Source: Verrucomicrobiota bacterium (lineage in GTDB: Bacteria > Verrucomicrobiota > Verrucomicrobiia > Limisphaerales > JAHDYP01). Taken from it: a DNA stretch of 64,000 bases. How positions within the stretch are numbered: the stretch's first letter is position 1; every line of letters begins with the position of its first letter. The DNA is taken from the NCBI GenBank assembly GCA_023383055.1, contig JAHDYP010000013.1, positions 1 to 64,000 of the forward strand, read 5' to 3'. Below are positions 52,486 through 63,266 of this stretch, piece after piece. The notes beneath the pieces are model-generated. The model saw only the letters and a program-made list of their open reading frames with translations, was not told the DNA's origin and made no database searches. The position numbers and the translations under genes were made by a program.

Positions 52486-53475
52486 CTACGGTTGGGCTGC
52501 CGGCGGGCTTGCCTTGTGGCCAGCGACCATCGCCGCTTCCGCGAATGGCCCGGTGTCGTTTGACGGTTTCGAAAACCGGTAATAGAGCCAATTGCCGATG
52601 GGGACGAGCACCGCCGCGGTCATCATCCCGGCCACCACATCCACCACGTAGTGGTAGCGGCAGTAAACGGTGGAAATACAGAGGAGAATCACGTCCGCCA
52701 GATGCCAGTACCGGATGCGCGGCAAATACAGGAAGGAAAACCAAACCGTCACGATCGCAATGGTCACGTGGCTGCTCGGAAACGCCGCGCCGGGCGCCTC
52801 CAAGTGATGGTAGATCTGGCGCATGACCTTGAAAAACGGCCCCTTTTGAACGGCCTCCGGGTAAGGCGGAACATGCTCCGGCATGACCTCGGCGGGGACG
52901 TCATATCCCATCGACCCGCCGTTGAACGCCCGCGGTCCCATCACCGGCAGGATGATGTAGGTCAGGTAACAAACGTAAAACACAAAGGAGACCACCGAAA
53001 TGTAATGAAAAAATTGGGTCCGGTTCCGGATGAACAGGGCGATCCCAATGCCCAGAATCATGAGGTAATAACTGAAATAGGCCGCATAAAGCAGCTCACT
53101 CAACGCCAAATACGGCAGGCGATGCATGAACTCGAGGCTCGGTTGCATGCCGAAAATCCATTCCTCGAGCCGGATCAGCCAGGGATCCAGAAAATCGGCG
53201 AAAAACATGTGATGCAGCAAACCCGTCTCGCGATAGAACCCCGTGAACAACAGGATCGGGTAGAAATACCTCAGAAAATCCAGCACCCGGCCCGGCGGAC
53301 GGGAGGCATGCCGGCGGATCAGAGCGTGGATCAACACCAGCGCGATGCCGTGCGCGGCCACCAGGTATGGCCCCATCGGCGTCCGCTCGTTGTGAAACAC
53401 GAGCACCAAAAGCGCAACCACCAGCAGATAACCCTGGGTCGCGTAATCAACAAATGTATAGTTCTTCATTCCCAT
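52486..53475 (-). CDS. PAP2-superfamily (type-2 phosphatidic acid phosphatase / lipid phosphotransferase) membrane protein
   Basis: Multiple TM helices. PAP2 motifs KxxxxxxRP-like region, PSSHV, and YCRYHYVVDVVAG (SRxxxxxHxxxD). Confidence 0.8.
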   Translation of the reverse strand: MGMKNYTFVDYATQGYLLVVALLVLVFHNERTPMGPYLVAAHGIALVLIHALIRRHASRPPGRVLDFLRYFYPILLFTGFYRETGLLHHMFFADFLDPWLIRLEEWIFGMQPSLEFMHRLPYLALSELLYAAYFSYYLMILGIGIALFIRNRTQFFHYISVVSFVFYVCYLTYIILPVMGPRAFNGGSMGYDVPAEVMPEHVPPYPEAVQKGPFFKVMRQIYHHLEAPGAAFPSSHVTIAIVTVWFSFLYLPRIRYWHLADVILLCISTVYCRYHYVVDVVAGMMTAAVLVPIGNWLYYRFSKPSNDTGPFAEAAMVAGHKASPPAAQP

Positions 53476-53511
53476 CGCCGTTTAAACACGCCGGCCACTT
53501 CACCGCACCCG

Positions 53512-54501
53512 TCATGGCCGCAACCATCCCTGGGCACGATACCAGGCCAGCGTCCGCCCAATCCCCTCTTTCAACCCCGTCTCACAAACGAAACCCAGCT
53601 CCCGCCGCAGACGATCCGTCCCGGACACCCAGCCGGGGGCGACCACTTCGGCGAATTTCTGGCGACTGAGAATGTGAGGCCGGCCGGTCAGCCCGGATAC
53701 CAGATCGCGTCCGGCGCAGATCAGCCATAACAGCGGACGAGGCAGCGGCGGGATGAGGGGGCGCACGCCCATCTGGCGGGCGATTTCCTCGACCAGCCCG
53801 CGCGAGGTCACGACCTGCGGCTCCGCCACATGATAAACGCCGCCCGCTCCGCGGGGATGTTCCAGGCCCAGCGCAACCGCGTCCGCCAGATCACGCACGT
53901 AAACCAGGCTCAGCTCCTGCCGACCCTTCCTGACCAGGGGCGTCACCCGGCTGCCAACCGCCTTGAACAGGTTCAGAAAGTCGGGGTCGCGCGGTCCGTA
54001 GACCGCCGCCGGCCGCAGGATGCCGTAGGGCACGCGGCAGTGCTCCTGGATTTCCCGTTCGCCAGCCAGCTTGCTGCGTCCGTAAATCGTGACCGGTGCC
54101 GAGGCCATCTCTTCGGTGGCAGGTTCCGCCGACGTTGCCGGACGGGAGGCGGCCAGGCTGGAGATGTAGATCAAGCGGTCGAGCTTGGGCGCGTGTTGGT
54201 TGATGGCATCGACGAGTTGGCGCGTTCCCGCCTGATTGGCCTGGAAATAGTCCTTCGGGTTGACCGCCTTGGTGCAGCCGGCGCAGTGGACCACGTGGGT
54301 CACATCTTTCAGGGCGGTTTCGAGAACGGCGGGATCGGTCAGGCTGCCCGCCCGCACCTCCACCTGATCCAGCTGCTCCTGGATCCAGTGCCGGCGGGCG
54401 GTGGGCCGGAGCAGAATCACCAGGCTCATCCCGCGAGCCAGCAGCACATCCAGGATATGGCTCCCCACAAACCCATTCGCCCCGGTCAGGAGGACCTTCA
54501 T
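53512..54501 (-). CDS. NAD-dependent epimerase/dehydratase-family SDR (CerR-like candidate)
   Basis: MKVLLTGANGFVGSHILDVL (Rossmann GxxGxxG), catalytic YxxxK-type region (YGRSKLAGE). 329 aa, in an operon with the SPT-like and PAP2 genes. Confidence 0.8.
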   Translation of the reverse strand: MKVLLTGANGFVGSHILDVLLARGMSLVILLRPTARRHWIQEQLDQVEVRAGSLTDPAVLETALKDVTHVVHCAGCTKAVNPKDYFQANQAGTRQLVDAINQHAPKLDRLIYISSLAASRPATSAEPATEEMASAPVTIYGRSKLAGEREIQEHCRVPYGILRPAAVYGPRDPDFLNLFKAVGSRVTPLVRKGRQELSLVYVRDLADAVALGLEHPRGAGGVYHVAEPQVVTSRGLVEEIARQMGVRPLIPPLPRPLLWLICAGRDLVSGLTGRPHILSRQKFAEVVAPGWVSGTDRLRRELGFVCETGLKEGIGRTLAWYRAQGWLRP

Positions 54502-54522
54502 CGCGCCCGAGCCCGCACGGGC

Positions 54523-55830
54523 TCAAATCAGGCCCAACTCTTTGCCCACCTCACCGAGTTTATCGAGCGCGAAATCGATCTGACGGTCGGTGTGGGTGGC
54601 CATGAGGCTGATCCGGATCAGCTCGCGCCCGGGGTTGACGCCCGGTGAAACGACCGGGTTGACGAACACGCCCTCCTGCTCGAGCCGTTTGCACATCCGG
54701 AAGGTCAGCATCAGATCGCGAACGTAGACCGGCAGGATCGGGGTCTCGGAGACGCCCAGGTCAAAGCCGAGCGACTGCAGGCCCCGTTTCATCCGCTCGG
54801 TATTGTGCCAGAGGTTGGCGATGCGCTCCGGCTCGCGGATCATGATCTCCAGGGCCGCCAGCACCGCCGCCGCGTTTGCGGGACTCATGCTGGCGCTGAA
54901 AATCAACGCCCGCGAGTGGTGCTTCAAATAGTCTATCGTCTCGAAGTCAGAGGCGACGAACCCGCCCAGGCTTGCCAATGACTTGCTGAAGGTGCCCATG
55001 ATCAGGTGCACGTCGTCGGTCAAACCGAAATGACTGGCCGTGCCCGCTCCTTGTCGACCCAGGACCCCGATGCCGTGGGCATCGTCCACCATCACGGCAG
55101 CCTGGTGCTTCCGCGCCAACTGGCATAGCTCGGGCAGTTGGATGATGTCACCCTCCATGCTGAACACGCCGTCCACGACGATCAGTTTGCCGGCTTCGGG
55201 AGCCAGCTTCTGGAGCCGGCTTTCGAGCGCCCCGAGATCCTTGTGCGGGAACCGGATAAACTCGCCCTGGGCAAGATGGCAACCGTCAACAATCGAAGCG
55301 TGATTGCTCTTGTCCCCCAGGATGTATTCATCCCGTCCCACCAGGGCGCTGATCACCCCAAGATTGACCTGGAACCCGGTGCTATAGAGGAGCACCGACT
55401 CTTTTTGGACCCAACGCGCAAGAGCTTCTTCCAGCTCGAGGTGGATCTGCAGGGTCCCGTTCAGAAAACGGGATCCGGCGCAGCCAGTCCCATATTTATC
55501 AACGGCTGCCCGGGCTGCTTCCTTGATCTTGGGATGGTTCGTCAGCCCCAGATAACTGTTCGACCCCAACATCAACACCTTCTTGCCCTCAATGATCACT
55601 TCCGTGTCCTGGGCGGAGGAAATCGTCCGAAAGTAAGGATAGAGCCCCAGGGACCGCACTTGGGCCGCACTCCGAAACGCCCGCGCCTTTTCGAGCAGCG
55701 GCACACCGCCGGCCGACGCCGCATGCTGCCCCGGACCGGCTGCGGCTGGACGGGCGGCCTGTGGGGCCACGCCCTTCTTAGGTGGCTCCTTAGGTTGTGC
55801 AAGGGTTTCAACCCGCTCAGTTATGTTCAT
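54523..55830 (-). CDS. Alpha-oxoamine synthase family PLP enzyme, serine palmitoyltransferase-like (alternatively BioF-like)
   Basis: Start [16 protein letters not shown] (ATG ending 55830). PLP-lysine motif [21 protein letters not shown] and [10 protein letters not shown] are typical of SPT/KBL/BioF. Confidence 0.8.
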   Translation of the reverse strand: MNITERVETLAQPKEPPKKGVAPQAARPAAAGPGQHAASAGGVPLLEKARAFRSAAQVRSLGLYPYFRTISSAQDTEVIIEGKKVLMLGSNSYLGLTNHPKIKEAARAAVDKYGTGCAGSRFLNGTLQIHLELEEALARWVQKESVLLYSTGFQVNLGVISALVGRDEYILGDKSNHASIVDGCHLAQGEFIRFPHKDLGALESRLQKLAPEAGKLIVVDGVFSMEGDIIQLPELCQLARKHQAAVMVDDAHGIGVLGRQGAGTASHFGLTDDVHLIMGTFSKSLASLGGFVASDFETIDYLKHHSRALIFSASMSPANAAAVLAALEIMIREPERIANLWHNTERMKRGLQSLGFDLGVSETPILPVYVRDLMLTFRMCKRLEQEGVFVNPVVSPGVNPGRELIRISLMATHTDRQIDFALDKLGEVGKELGLI

Positions 55831-55954
55831 ATTTGAGCTGCCAAAAGAATGGCGGCTAGGGCGTTTTAGGGCAAACCATTTAAAAATGCCATGGAAACTT
55901 GCCCCCTCGATTTGGATGCTGACCTGGTAACCGTCCCTGCTACGATCCAAGGGC

Positions 55955-56566
55955 ATGGACCTGTCGACCGCCCTCAAGACCTCCCTGGTCCTAACCGCCG
56001 CTTACGCCCTCGGTTGCTTTGCAACCGGTTACTACCTCGTCCGGCTCCGGACTACCCGCGATATCCGCCAAACCGGCAGCGGAAGCATCGGCGCCACCAA
56101 CGTGTCACGGGTCCTGGGCTGGCCCGGCTTTGTCGTCACCCTGATCCTGGACGCGGGCAAGGCCGCGCTCACGGTGTTCCTCGCCCGCCACTGTCAACTG
56201 GATTCCTGGGCCATCTGGCTGGCCGTCCTCGCCGTGGTCGCCGGCCACGTCTGGCCAGTCCAACTCCGTTTCCGGGGCGGGAAAGGGGCCGCAACCTACC
56301 TCGGTGCGGTGCTTACGTTCGACTGGAGGTTCGGACTGGTTCTGGTTCCCCTGACGCTGGCCGGTTATCTCATCGCCCGACATCCAACCCTGGCCGGTCT
56401 GGTCGCGGTGGCGGTCCTGCCCGCGGTCCTCTGGATGGTTGGCTTTCCGCGGGATGTCAACCTCGGTCTGGCCGCCCTGGCGACGCTGATTCTCTTCGCC
56501 CATCGCACCAACATTCGTGCGGGAATATGCCAAATCAGACTGGACGAAGGATTGGGCAGGGAATAG
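55955..56566 (+). CDS. plsY: Glycerol-3-phosphate acyltransferase PlsY
   Basis: [14 protein letters not shown] and RGGKGAATY motifs. Five hydrophobic segments. 203 aa. Confidence 0.8.
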   Translation: MDLSTALKTSLVLTAAYALGCFATGYYLVRLRTTRDIRQTGSGSIGATNVSRVLGWPGFVVTLILDAGKAALTVFLARHCQLDSWAIWLAVLAVVAGHVWPVQLRFRGGKGAATYLGAVLTFDWRFGLVLVPLTLAGYLIARHPTLAGLVAVAVLPAVLWMVGFPRDVNLGLAALATLILFAHRTNIRAGICQIRLDEGLGRE

Positions 56567-56592
56567 AACGCTCCAGCCAATTCCAACTGCGC

Positions 56593-58206
56593 ATGACTGA
56601 TGGCTCCCTGACGTTCAAGATCGCATCGACCGAATCCGAGTTTGAGCAGATCTTCAGGCTCAATTACCGGACGTTCGTCGAAGAGATACCCCAGCACCCG
56701 CCCAATGCCGAGCGGCGGCTGGTGGACCGGTTTCATCACCAGAACAGCTATCTGATCGCCCTCAACGACGATGAGTTGGTGGGCATGATGGCCGTGCGCG
56801 ATCAACGCCCCTTCTCGCTCGACGAGAAACTGGGCAGCATTGACACCTACCTTCCACCCGGCCGCAGTGTCTGCGAGATCCGGCTGCTCTCCGTCATCCC
56901 CACCCACCGGACCGGCTCTGTCTTTCAGGGACTGCTCAAGCTCCTGCTGGATTACGGCATCAAAAAGCGATACAACCTCGCCGTCATCTCCGGCACGGTC
57001 CGGCAACAGAAGCTCTATAAGCACCTTGGCTTCACTCCGTTCGGTCCGCTCGTGGGGCCGCCCGAAGCCCAATACCAACCGATGTACCTCACCATCGAGG
57101 GCTTCCGGGAAAATGCCGCCCCCATACTGAACGATGTCTCAGCCGCCGAACGCTCGTTGAATCCCATCAGCCTGTTGCCTGGCCCCGTCAGTATCCGAGA
57201 GGAAGTCCGACAGGCATTGATCGCCCCGGCCACCTCGCATCGGGCTGAACCGTTCAAGGTACAACTGGCCCAGACCCAACAGCATCTTTGTCAACTCGTT
57301 CAAGCTAAACATGTTGAAATCATGCTCGGCTCGGGCACCCTCGCCAATGACGCAATCGCCGCCCAGCTCTCCCTCCAACCGGCTCCCGGTCTCGTCCTAA
57401 GCAACGGCGAGTTCGGCTCACGCCTGATCGACCATGCCCGAAGATTTCGGCTAACCTTCACTCCGGTCGAGCTGGAGTGGGGACAACCATTTGACCCCCA
57501 GCAACTAACAAAGATTCTCGATTCGCGGCCCGAGACAGGCTGGCTCTGGACCACAGCCTGTGAAACTTCAACGGGCGTGCTGAACGACCTCCCGCTACTC
57601 CAGGAACTCTGCGTCGCCCGAGGGATCAAGCTCTGCCTCGACGCTATCAGCGCGATCGGCGTCATCCCGCTGCGGCTTGACCGCGTTTACCTCGCTTCCG
57701 GCGTCAGCGGCAAGGGCTTGGGCGCTTTCCCGGGTCTTTCGATGGTTTTTTACCAGCACGATCTTGAACCACGTCCGGACCGGTTGCCGCGATACCTCGA
57801 CCTCGGTTTCTACGCCCGTCACGGCGGAATCCCTTTCACCCAGTCCTCGAACCTGCTCATGGCCCTGTGGACGGCGCTCAAGCGCTATGATTCCCCGCAA
57901 CCCTTTGCCGAAGTTCGCGAACTCTCCGCCTGGCTTCGTCCCCGGCTACGGGAGCTGGGCCTGCGAATTCTGGCGCCGGACGAACATGCCGCCCCGAACA
58001 TTATTACGCTGGTGCCGCCCCCTTCGCTGAGTGCCGAGGCCCTTGGGGATCAACTCCTGGAAGCGGGCTTTCTGGTCAGCTACCAGAGCGACTATTTGCG
58101 CAATCGGAACTGGCTGCAGATTTGTCTGATGGGCGAATGCTCGAGAGCCGTTCTGGTTGGCTTGCTGACCGAGCTCAAGAACCGGCTGACCAACTTTCGA
58201 AGCTGA
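56593..58206 (+). CDS. Fusion: GNAT-like N-acyltransferase domain (OlsB / bacterial-ceramide-synthase-like) + class-V aminotransferase domain
   Basis: ATG 56593 (MTDGSLTFKIASTESEFEQIFRLNYRTFVEEI...). The N-terminal ~170 aa have the OlsB/hemolysin-like GNAT pattern (FRLNYRTFVEEI, IALNDDELVGMMAVRD). The remaining ~360 aa resemble serine-pyruvate/AGXT-type fold-type-I aminotransferases. Confidence 0.7.
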   Translation: MTDGSLTFKIASTESEFEQIFRLNYRTFVEEIPQHPPNAERRLVDRFHHQNSYLIALNDDELVGMMAVRDQRPFSLDEKLGSIDTYLPPGRSVCEIRLLSVIPTHRTGSVFQGLLKLLLDYGIKKRYNLAVISGTVRQQKLYKHLGFTPFGPLVGPPEAQYQPMYLTIEGFRENAAPILNDVSAAERSLNPISLLPGPVSIREEVRQALIAPATSHRAEPFKVQLAQTQQHLCQLVQAKHVEIMLGSGTLANDAIAAQLSLQPAPGLVLSNGEFGSRLIDHARRFRLTFTPVELEWGQPFDPQQLTKILDSRPETGWLWTTACETSTGVLNDLPLLQELCVARGIKLCLDAISAIGVIPLRLDRVYLASGVSGKGLGAFPGLSMVFYQHDLEPRPDRLPRYLDLGFYARHGGIPFTQSSNLLMALWTALKRYDSPQPFAEVRELSAWLRPRLRELGLRILAPDEHAAPNIITLVPPPSLSAEALGDQLLEAGFLVSYQSDYLRNRNWLQICLMGECSRAVLVGLLTELKNRLTNFRS

Positions 58207-58271
58207 AGTTGTCCTCGAGATCTAACCTGGGCTGGAGGGACGAGACCGCTAGTCCGACCCGATCATGCCCC

Positions 58272-59645
58272 TCAGGCGTCATCCAACGCCCAGACCTTCT
58301 TGCCGGCCACGATCGTTGCGATCGCCCGGCCTTTCAATGGCCATCCGTAAAAGGGATTGTTCAGCGAGCGACTCGCCGTTTCCTCCCGTTGGAATACCCA
58401 CTCCCGCTCCGGATCGATCACGGTCACATCTCCGTCGGCACCGACGCTGAGCGTCCCTTTCTTCATCCGTAGCACCCGGGCCGGGCCGGTGGTGAACCGG
58501 CTGATCACGTCCGGCAGCGACAAGCGCCGCGTGTGGTGGAAGGTCATCAAGGAGAGGGCCAGTTCGGTTTCGAGGCCGGTGACTCCGAACGGGGCATAGT
58601 CGAACTCGACTTCCTTCTCGTAGTTACAATGCGGGGCGTGGTCGCTGGCAATCATCTCGAGCGTGCCGTCCACCACCCCTTCGATCACCCGGTCGCGGTG
58701 CTCCGGGGAACGCAGCGGCGGGTTCATCTTGAAACTGGCATCATAGGAGGGCCAGACCGGGAGTTGCCCCGCCTCCAGACCCGCGTAAAACGAGCGGCCA
58801 TCCTCGGCCCAGAATTTCGCGCTCCCCGCCACCGCGGCATCGGTCAGCACAAAATGATGCGGACAAGCCTCGCCCGAGATGGGCAAACCCCGGGCGCGCG
58901 CTTCGCGGAGCAGCCGGACGCTCTCGCCGGAGCTGATGTGCTGACAGTGAATATGTCCTCCGGTCAGTTCGGCCAACTGGATGTTGCGCGCCACAATCAG
59001 CTCTTCGCCGGCGGCGGGCCAGCCGCGCAAACCGAGCACCGTGCTCCATAGCCCCTCGTGCATCACCCCGTCGGTCACCAGGGTGTAATCCTGGCAATGA
59101 TCCATCACAGGCAGGTTGAACATCGAGGCGTACTCCAGCGCCCGCCGCATCAGCTCATTGTTCTGCACACAATGGCCATCGTCCGTGATCGCCACCACCC
59201 CGGCTTGCGCCAGCAACCCAACCGGCGCCAACTCTTCACCGGCCAGGCCCCGGCTGATGGCGCCGGTCACGTAGACATTGACCCGCGCCTCACGCGCCGC
59301 CTTCTCCCGGATCAACGCCACCGTTCCCGGGTTGTCGATGGGAGGCGAGGTGTTCGGCATGCAGACCAGCGTGGTAAAACCACCCCTGGCGGCGGCGGCG
59401 GTGCCGGTGGCAATGGTTTCCTTGGCCGACTGGCCCGGCTCGCGCAGATGCACGTGACCATCGATAAGCCCCGGACAAACGATCTTCCCGGAGGCATCCA
59501 GTCGCTCCACACCCGTCGGCGCACGCTTGACGGCCTCAGCCCCAAGAACCGCGACCTGCCCATCCAGAATCAGCAGATCAGCAAGGGTATCGACGTTATT
59601 GGCGGGATCGATGACCCGCCCTCCAACGATAAGAAGCGAACTCAT
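58272..59645 (-). CDS. pyrC: Dihydroorotase
   Basis: Start MSSLLIVGGRVIDP (ATG ending 59645). DGHVHLREPG metal site, DHAPH, and the multifunctional-type dihydroorotase fold. 457 aa. Confidence 0.85.
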   Translation of the reverse strand: MSSLLIVGGRVIDPANNVDTLADLLILDGQVAVLGAEAVKRAPTGVERLDASGKIVCPGLIDGHVHLREPGQSAKETIATGTAAAARGGFTTLVCMPNTSPPIDNPGTVALIREKAAREARVNVYVTGAISRGLAGEELAPVGLLAQAGVVAITDDGHCVQNNELMRRALEYASMFNLPVMDHCQDYTLVTDGVMHEGLWSTVLGLRGWPAAGEELIVARNIQLAELTGGHIHCQHISSGESVRLLREARARGLPISGEACPHHFVLTDAAVAGSAKFWAEDGRSFYAGLEAGQLPVWPSYDASFKMNPPLRSPEHRDRVIEGVVDGTLEMIASDHAPHCNYEKEVEFDYAPFGVTGLETELALSLMTFHHTRRLSLPDVISRFTTGPARVLRMKKGTLSVGADGDVTVIDPEREWVFQREETASRSLNNPFYGWPLKGRAIATIVAGKKVWALDDA

Positions 59646-59973
59646 GCGCGCGCAGCATAGACACACCCACTTCCTGTGGCAAGCAACGTCCGGAGACGGC
59701 ATTGCGCCTGCTCCCACTGGCCGAGCTTACACAGCGCAACATGCCCGCACGAAAATACTCGCTCAGTCTGGACCGAATCGCCGCTCTGGAACGTCCTGTC
59801 CGTCAGGGCGTTCGATTGCCCACCACTCCCCCGGGAGCCGGTTTGCCACCCAAGGTCGTGCGGTATCTGAGGGACTTCAACTCTCACAAACAGGGCAGGA
59901 ACAAACAACACTCGTGGCGTTTGCCTGGCTACCGGATTCTGTCGCAGGAGGATCTGCTCCGCCGTTGAGGCTC

Positions 59974-62289
59974 TCACCTCCCCGCCGATCGACCGAGTCG
60001 TTCGATCATGCGGGCCACCTGGTCCCGGCGCTCTTCGATAGGCTCACCGTCCGGGGTGAACTCGGTGAGGCTGGCCGTGATGCTGGCGGGCACGATCAAC
60101 AACTGACGCGCCTCGGACTCGAGGGCCGCCGGGATCCGGCCCGCATGGGCGTCGAGGATCCGTCGCAGCATGGCCAGATATTCGTAATCCTCGAGTCCAT
60201 CACGCAGGTGTTCCCATCGGATGCTGTCGACCGGGCCGTCAAGCACGGGACCGGCGCTGTCGGCGTTGGCGGCGGCCATGGGCGGGTAAAGGAAGCGTCC
60301 GTCGCCATTGCCCCAGGGACGTTTGTCACCCGCGGGCGTGCTGTAACCGGAGGTCCAGCTCATCGGATCGGTGTACGGATTCTGGGGACGTTGCGGGTCG
60401 GGGTAGGCCGCGTCGCTGGTCCAATAGGTTGATTCCCACACCAGGATGCCTTCGATGTTCCGCTGGAAGGTCTGCCAGAGCCAAATGCGCAGTTCCGGCG
60501 CGGGATGATCGATGAAAAGGCCGGCGTAGGGTGCTTTGGGGCCGGTGCAGACGTACCACCAGAACTTTTCGCCGAACTTGCGCCGGGCCTCGGCACGCTC
60601 GTGATCGTAGGCGTCGCTGATGCTGCACCAGATGTTCGGGCCGCCGATCAGGCCCGGCTCAACCTGTTCGGTCAGCATGCGGGCGATGCCGGGGCTGGAG
60701 CGTTTGAGTTTGTTGAAGCCGTTTTGGACAAACGGATACTGGTCGGGGCTCGGCTCATCGAACCAGTAAACAAAGGCGGCATCCAGCCAGCCGCGTGCCT
60801 TGAGATGTGCCTCGAGCTGCCGACAGTACGAATCGAACAGGACCGGGTACTCGGGCGTATCCTCAGCGAACCCGAGCAGGCTCGGTTCGGAGATGGCGTG
60901 AAACGTTCCGCCGCCGATGCCGGGAATGTGCACCTGGAACGAGTTGAAATGGTATTGGCTCATGGCCCGGTCCATGGCCCGGTCCCAGGCGGCAAAATCG
61001 AGGCGCACCTCGAGCTGGTCGAGCGGGAGGACCGGCTCGGTCCGGCGCGCGGGTTCGAAATCGCCTCCTTGTACCAGCGCCACGCCCGTGTCGGCATCGA
61101 CAATCGCGATGTCGTCGAACCAGACCAAACCGATCCCTTCCCCGGCGTCGGTCCAGGTCGTGGCGCGGGCATGGAACTGGACGAACCGGGCACCGGGCGG
61201 GAAGCCGGTGATCAGTTCATCGATCTGCTGCCAGGCGCCACTGCCCCGCAACGTGATGTCGTTGTTCCGACCGGACATCCATTTCCGGTCGGCATCGAAG
61301 TGATTGATCGAGACCATGAACCGGTGGCCGGGCACGGCGGTGCGGTGCCAGGCGGAGACGCGCAGACCTTTGGCCGGGATCGGGATCAACGGTTCGTAAG
61401 TCACGGTGACATTCCGATCGGACCGGTCGTCATAAATCAGCAGCGCCCCCGCGCCGCTGTGGGTCTCGTTCGTCTCAATGCGCAGGCCCAGCCAGGGCGA
61501 CGCCGCCCCTTGCGGCGGACGCGCGTCCGGCCATTGGACACGGATGGGATCAAGCGGGGCGGGGTTGTAGGGGGAGATGCGATGAGCGGCGAGGTTCGCC
61601 CAGTACTTCTCGAGCACCGTTCGTTTATCGGCCTCGGTCTGGAGCCGGTGATAGCGAAAGACGTTGTTGGGCGAAAACCCGAAGGCCGTGGTGCACGTCA
61701 TCCGGTCGGGAAGCGTGAAGTCGTAAACCGTCAATTCAAGAGGAGCGACGGCCGCCCAATCCCGGGCGCGCAGCCGCAGTTCTCCCCGGTAAACCCCCGG
61801 GCGCGCATCCGGGGGCGCGTGGATCCGGATCCAGAAGGCATGGTTGGCGTTGGCTGACAGGTCGAGCGGCGCGCTGATGGGGAAGAGCGGGTCCGGCCAT
61901 GGGCCCGGTGCACCGGCGCGATCGGTCGGTTGCGCGATCTGGACCTGGCCCACCTCGAGGATCTCGATCTGTCCGGGCGCGATGGTGGCGCCATCCCGGC
62001 CGACCAGCGGCGCGGGCTCGATCACGAATCCGACCAACGCTCCGGCAGGTCGGACGATGAGTTGCGCGGCGTCGGTTTCGCTCCGCGCGCAGCGGATGCG
62101 AATGGCCTCGTCCCGGCGCGCCGGCGGGGTTTGCCCGGGACGGATCTTGGCGGCACTGGACCACGCCCACCAGAGTTGGGCGTTGGGCGGTTGCTCGGGA
62201 AGCAACGCGCCGGCCGCGACCTGGGCATCGGCATGGACGGTTGCCAGGACGGCACCGGCCAGCAGGAACCACCGCGGAACCGGTTTCAT
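59974..62289 (-). CDS. Secreted DUF4091-type glycoside-hydrolase-like protein
   Basis: Signal peptide MKPVPRWFLLAGAVLATVHADA. C-terminal region (FWWYVCTGPKAPYAGLFIDHPAPELRIWLWQTFQRNIEGILVWESTYW...GDGRFLYPP) is characteristic of DUF4091 / GH-like proteins. Confidence 0.6.
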   Translation of the reverse strand: MKPVPRWFLLAGAVLATVHADAQVAAGALLPEQPPNAQLWWAWSSAAKIRPGQTPPARRDEAIRIRCARSETDAAQLIVRPAGALVGFVIEPAPLVGRDGATIAPGQIEILEVGQVQIAQPTDRAGAPGPWPDPLFPISAPLDLSANANHAFWIRIHAPPDARPGVYRGELRLRARDWAAVAPLELTVYDFTLPDRMTCTTAFGFSPNNVFRYHRLQTEADKRTVLEKYWANLAAHRISPYNPAPLDPIRVQWPDARPPQGAASPWLGLRIETNETHSGAGALLIYDDRSDRNVTVTYEPLIPIPAKGLRVSAWHRTAVPGHRFMVSINHFDADRKWMSGRNNDITLRGSGAWQQIDELITGFPPGARFVQFHARATTWTDAGEGIGLVWFDDIAIVDADTGVALVQGGDFEPARRTEPVLPLDQLEVRLDFAAWDRAMDRAMSQYHFNSFQVHIPGIGGGTFHAISEPSLLGFAEDTPEYPVLFDSYCRQLEAHLKARGWLDAAFVYWFDEPSPDQYPFVQNGFNKLKRSSPGIARMLTEQVEPGLIGGPNIWCSISDAYDHERAEARRKFGEKFWWYVCTGPKAPYAGLFIDHPAPELRIWLWQTFQRNIEGILVWESTYWTSDAAYPDPQRPQNPYTDPMSWTSGYSTPAGDKRPWGNGDGRFLYPPMAAANADSAGPVLDGPVDSIRWEHLRDGLEDYEYLAMLRRILDAHAGRIPAALESEARQLLIVPASITASLTEFTPDGEPIEERRDQVARMIERLGRSAGR

Positions 62290-62290
62290 C

Positions 62291-63070
62291 TCATTCCTCG
62301 AGTTTGAGCAGTTCGACTTTGCGGAAATGGACCGGGTGACTTTCGGACTGGAGGGAGATGGTGCCGCCGGAGAGCATTTTATCGGCGCCCTGGGCGAGCA
62401 ACCGCCGGGCGCTGGCGTCGCTTTCGTCCAGTTGCGGCTGGGTGTATTCGAGAATCGTCTCGCCGTCGATGAGGTGTTTGATGATCCGGTTGCCGCGGAC
62501 TTCGAGTTCGACGGTGACCCATTGGTCGCCGTGGTAGGTCTTGGATTTTGAATTGGTGCAATGCTGCGTGTGGAGCTTGCCGTTCATGACCACATGCGTG
62601 CCCGGAGTGCACAGGTTCGCTGTCTGCCGCTCGCCAGTTCCGGGCCCGCCGAGCAACTGGACTTCGATCGACGCCGGAAAATCCTGGTCTTTCGTCATCG
62701 TGTCCGGAGCCTGGCCATGGATCATGATGCCGCTGTTGCGGAAAGCCCAGCCGGGGCCGCCGGAGACCTGTTCGCCCACGAACCGGTATTCGACCCGCAG
62801 GCGGTAGTGCGAGAATGGAGTTTCATAGAAAAGGTGGCCGAAACGCTCGTTGAACGGGCCGTAGTTCTCGTAAACCACCTTGAGGAGACCGTCCTCGACG
62901 CGGAACGTCTGGTTGAAGTTATCCCCCAGATCGCAGCCCCGGATCTTCGGAGTCCAACCATCGAGGTTCTTGCCGTTGAACAACTGGATCCACTGGCCTT
63001 CCGCGGCCGACGCGGCGGTTGCGACCAGAATGGCGAGAAGCGAGGGAATGATGCGTGTCAGGATTTTCAT
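62291..63070 (-). CDS. DUF1080-family (3-keto-disaccharide hydrolase-like, LamG jelly-roll) secreted protein
   Basis: Signal peptide. WIQLFNGKNLDGWTPK is the DUF1080 hallmark. 259 aa, immediately upstream of the DUF4091 gene (1-nt gap). Confidence 0.8.
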   Translation of the reverse strand: MKILTRIIPSLLAILVATAASAAEGQWIQLFNGKNLDGWTPKIRGCDLGDNFNQTFRVEDGLLKVVYENYGPFNERFGHLFYETPFSHYRLRVEYRFVGEQVSGGPGWAFRNSGIMIHGQAPDTMTKDQDFPASIEVQLLGGPGTGERQTANLCTPGTHVVMNGKLHTQHCTNSKSKTYHGDQWVTVELEVRGNRIIKHLIDGETILEYTQPQLDESDASARRLLAQGADKMLSGGTISLQSESHPVHFRKVELLKLEE

Positions 63071-63266
63071 AGGAACAGGCAGACCCTACAGGCGGACGAC
63101 GGTCAAATGCAACTCCGCATGCGATCCAGCAGTGCCTGGCGTCGCGAACGGTGCGGGTTGGCAGAGGCCGCGGTAGGCGGATCTCCGCATTCGACCATTG
63201 CATGTTGGCGGAAGGTGTAACCGTCCGACGGCGAACGGCGTCATAAATCACGAATCCAGAGAGATC

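Noticed and set aside
59702-59968. 88-aa ORF in the gap between pyrC and the DUF4091 gene
   Set aside because: Weak codon bias, no start-codon context, no motifs. Probably non-coding promoter/leader sequence for pyrC.
60505-61857. 450-aa plus-strand ORF opposite the DUF4091 gene
   Set aside because: Antisense shadow.
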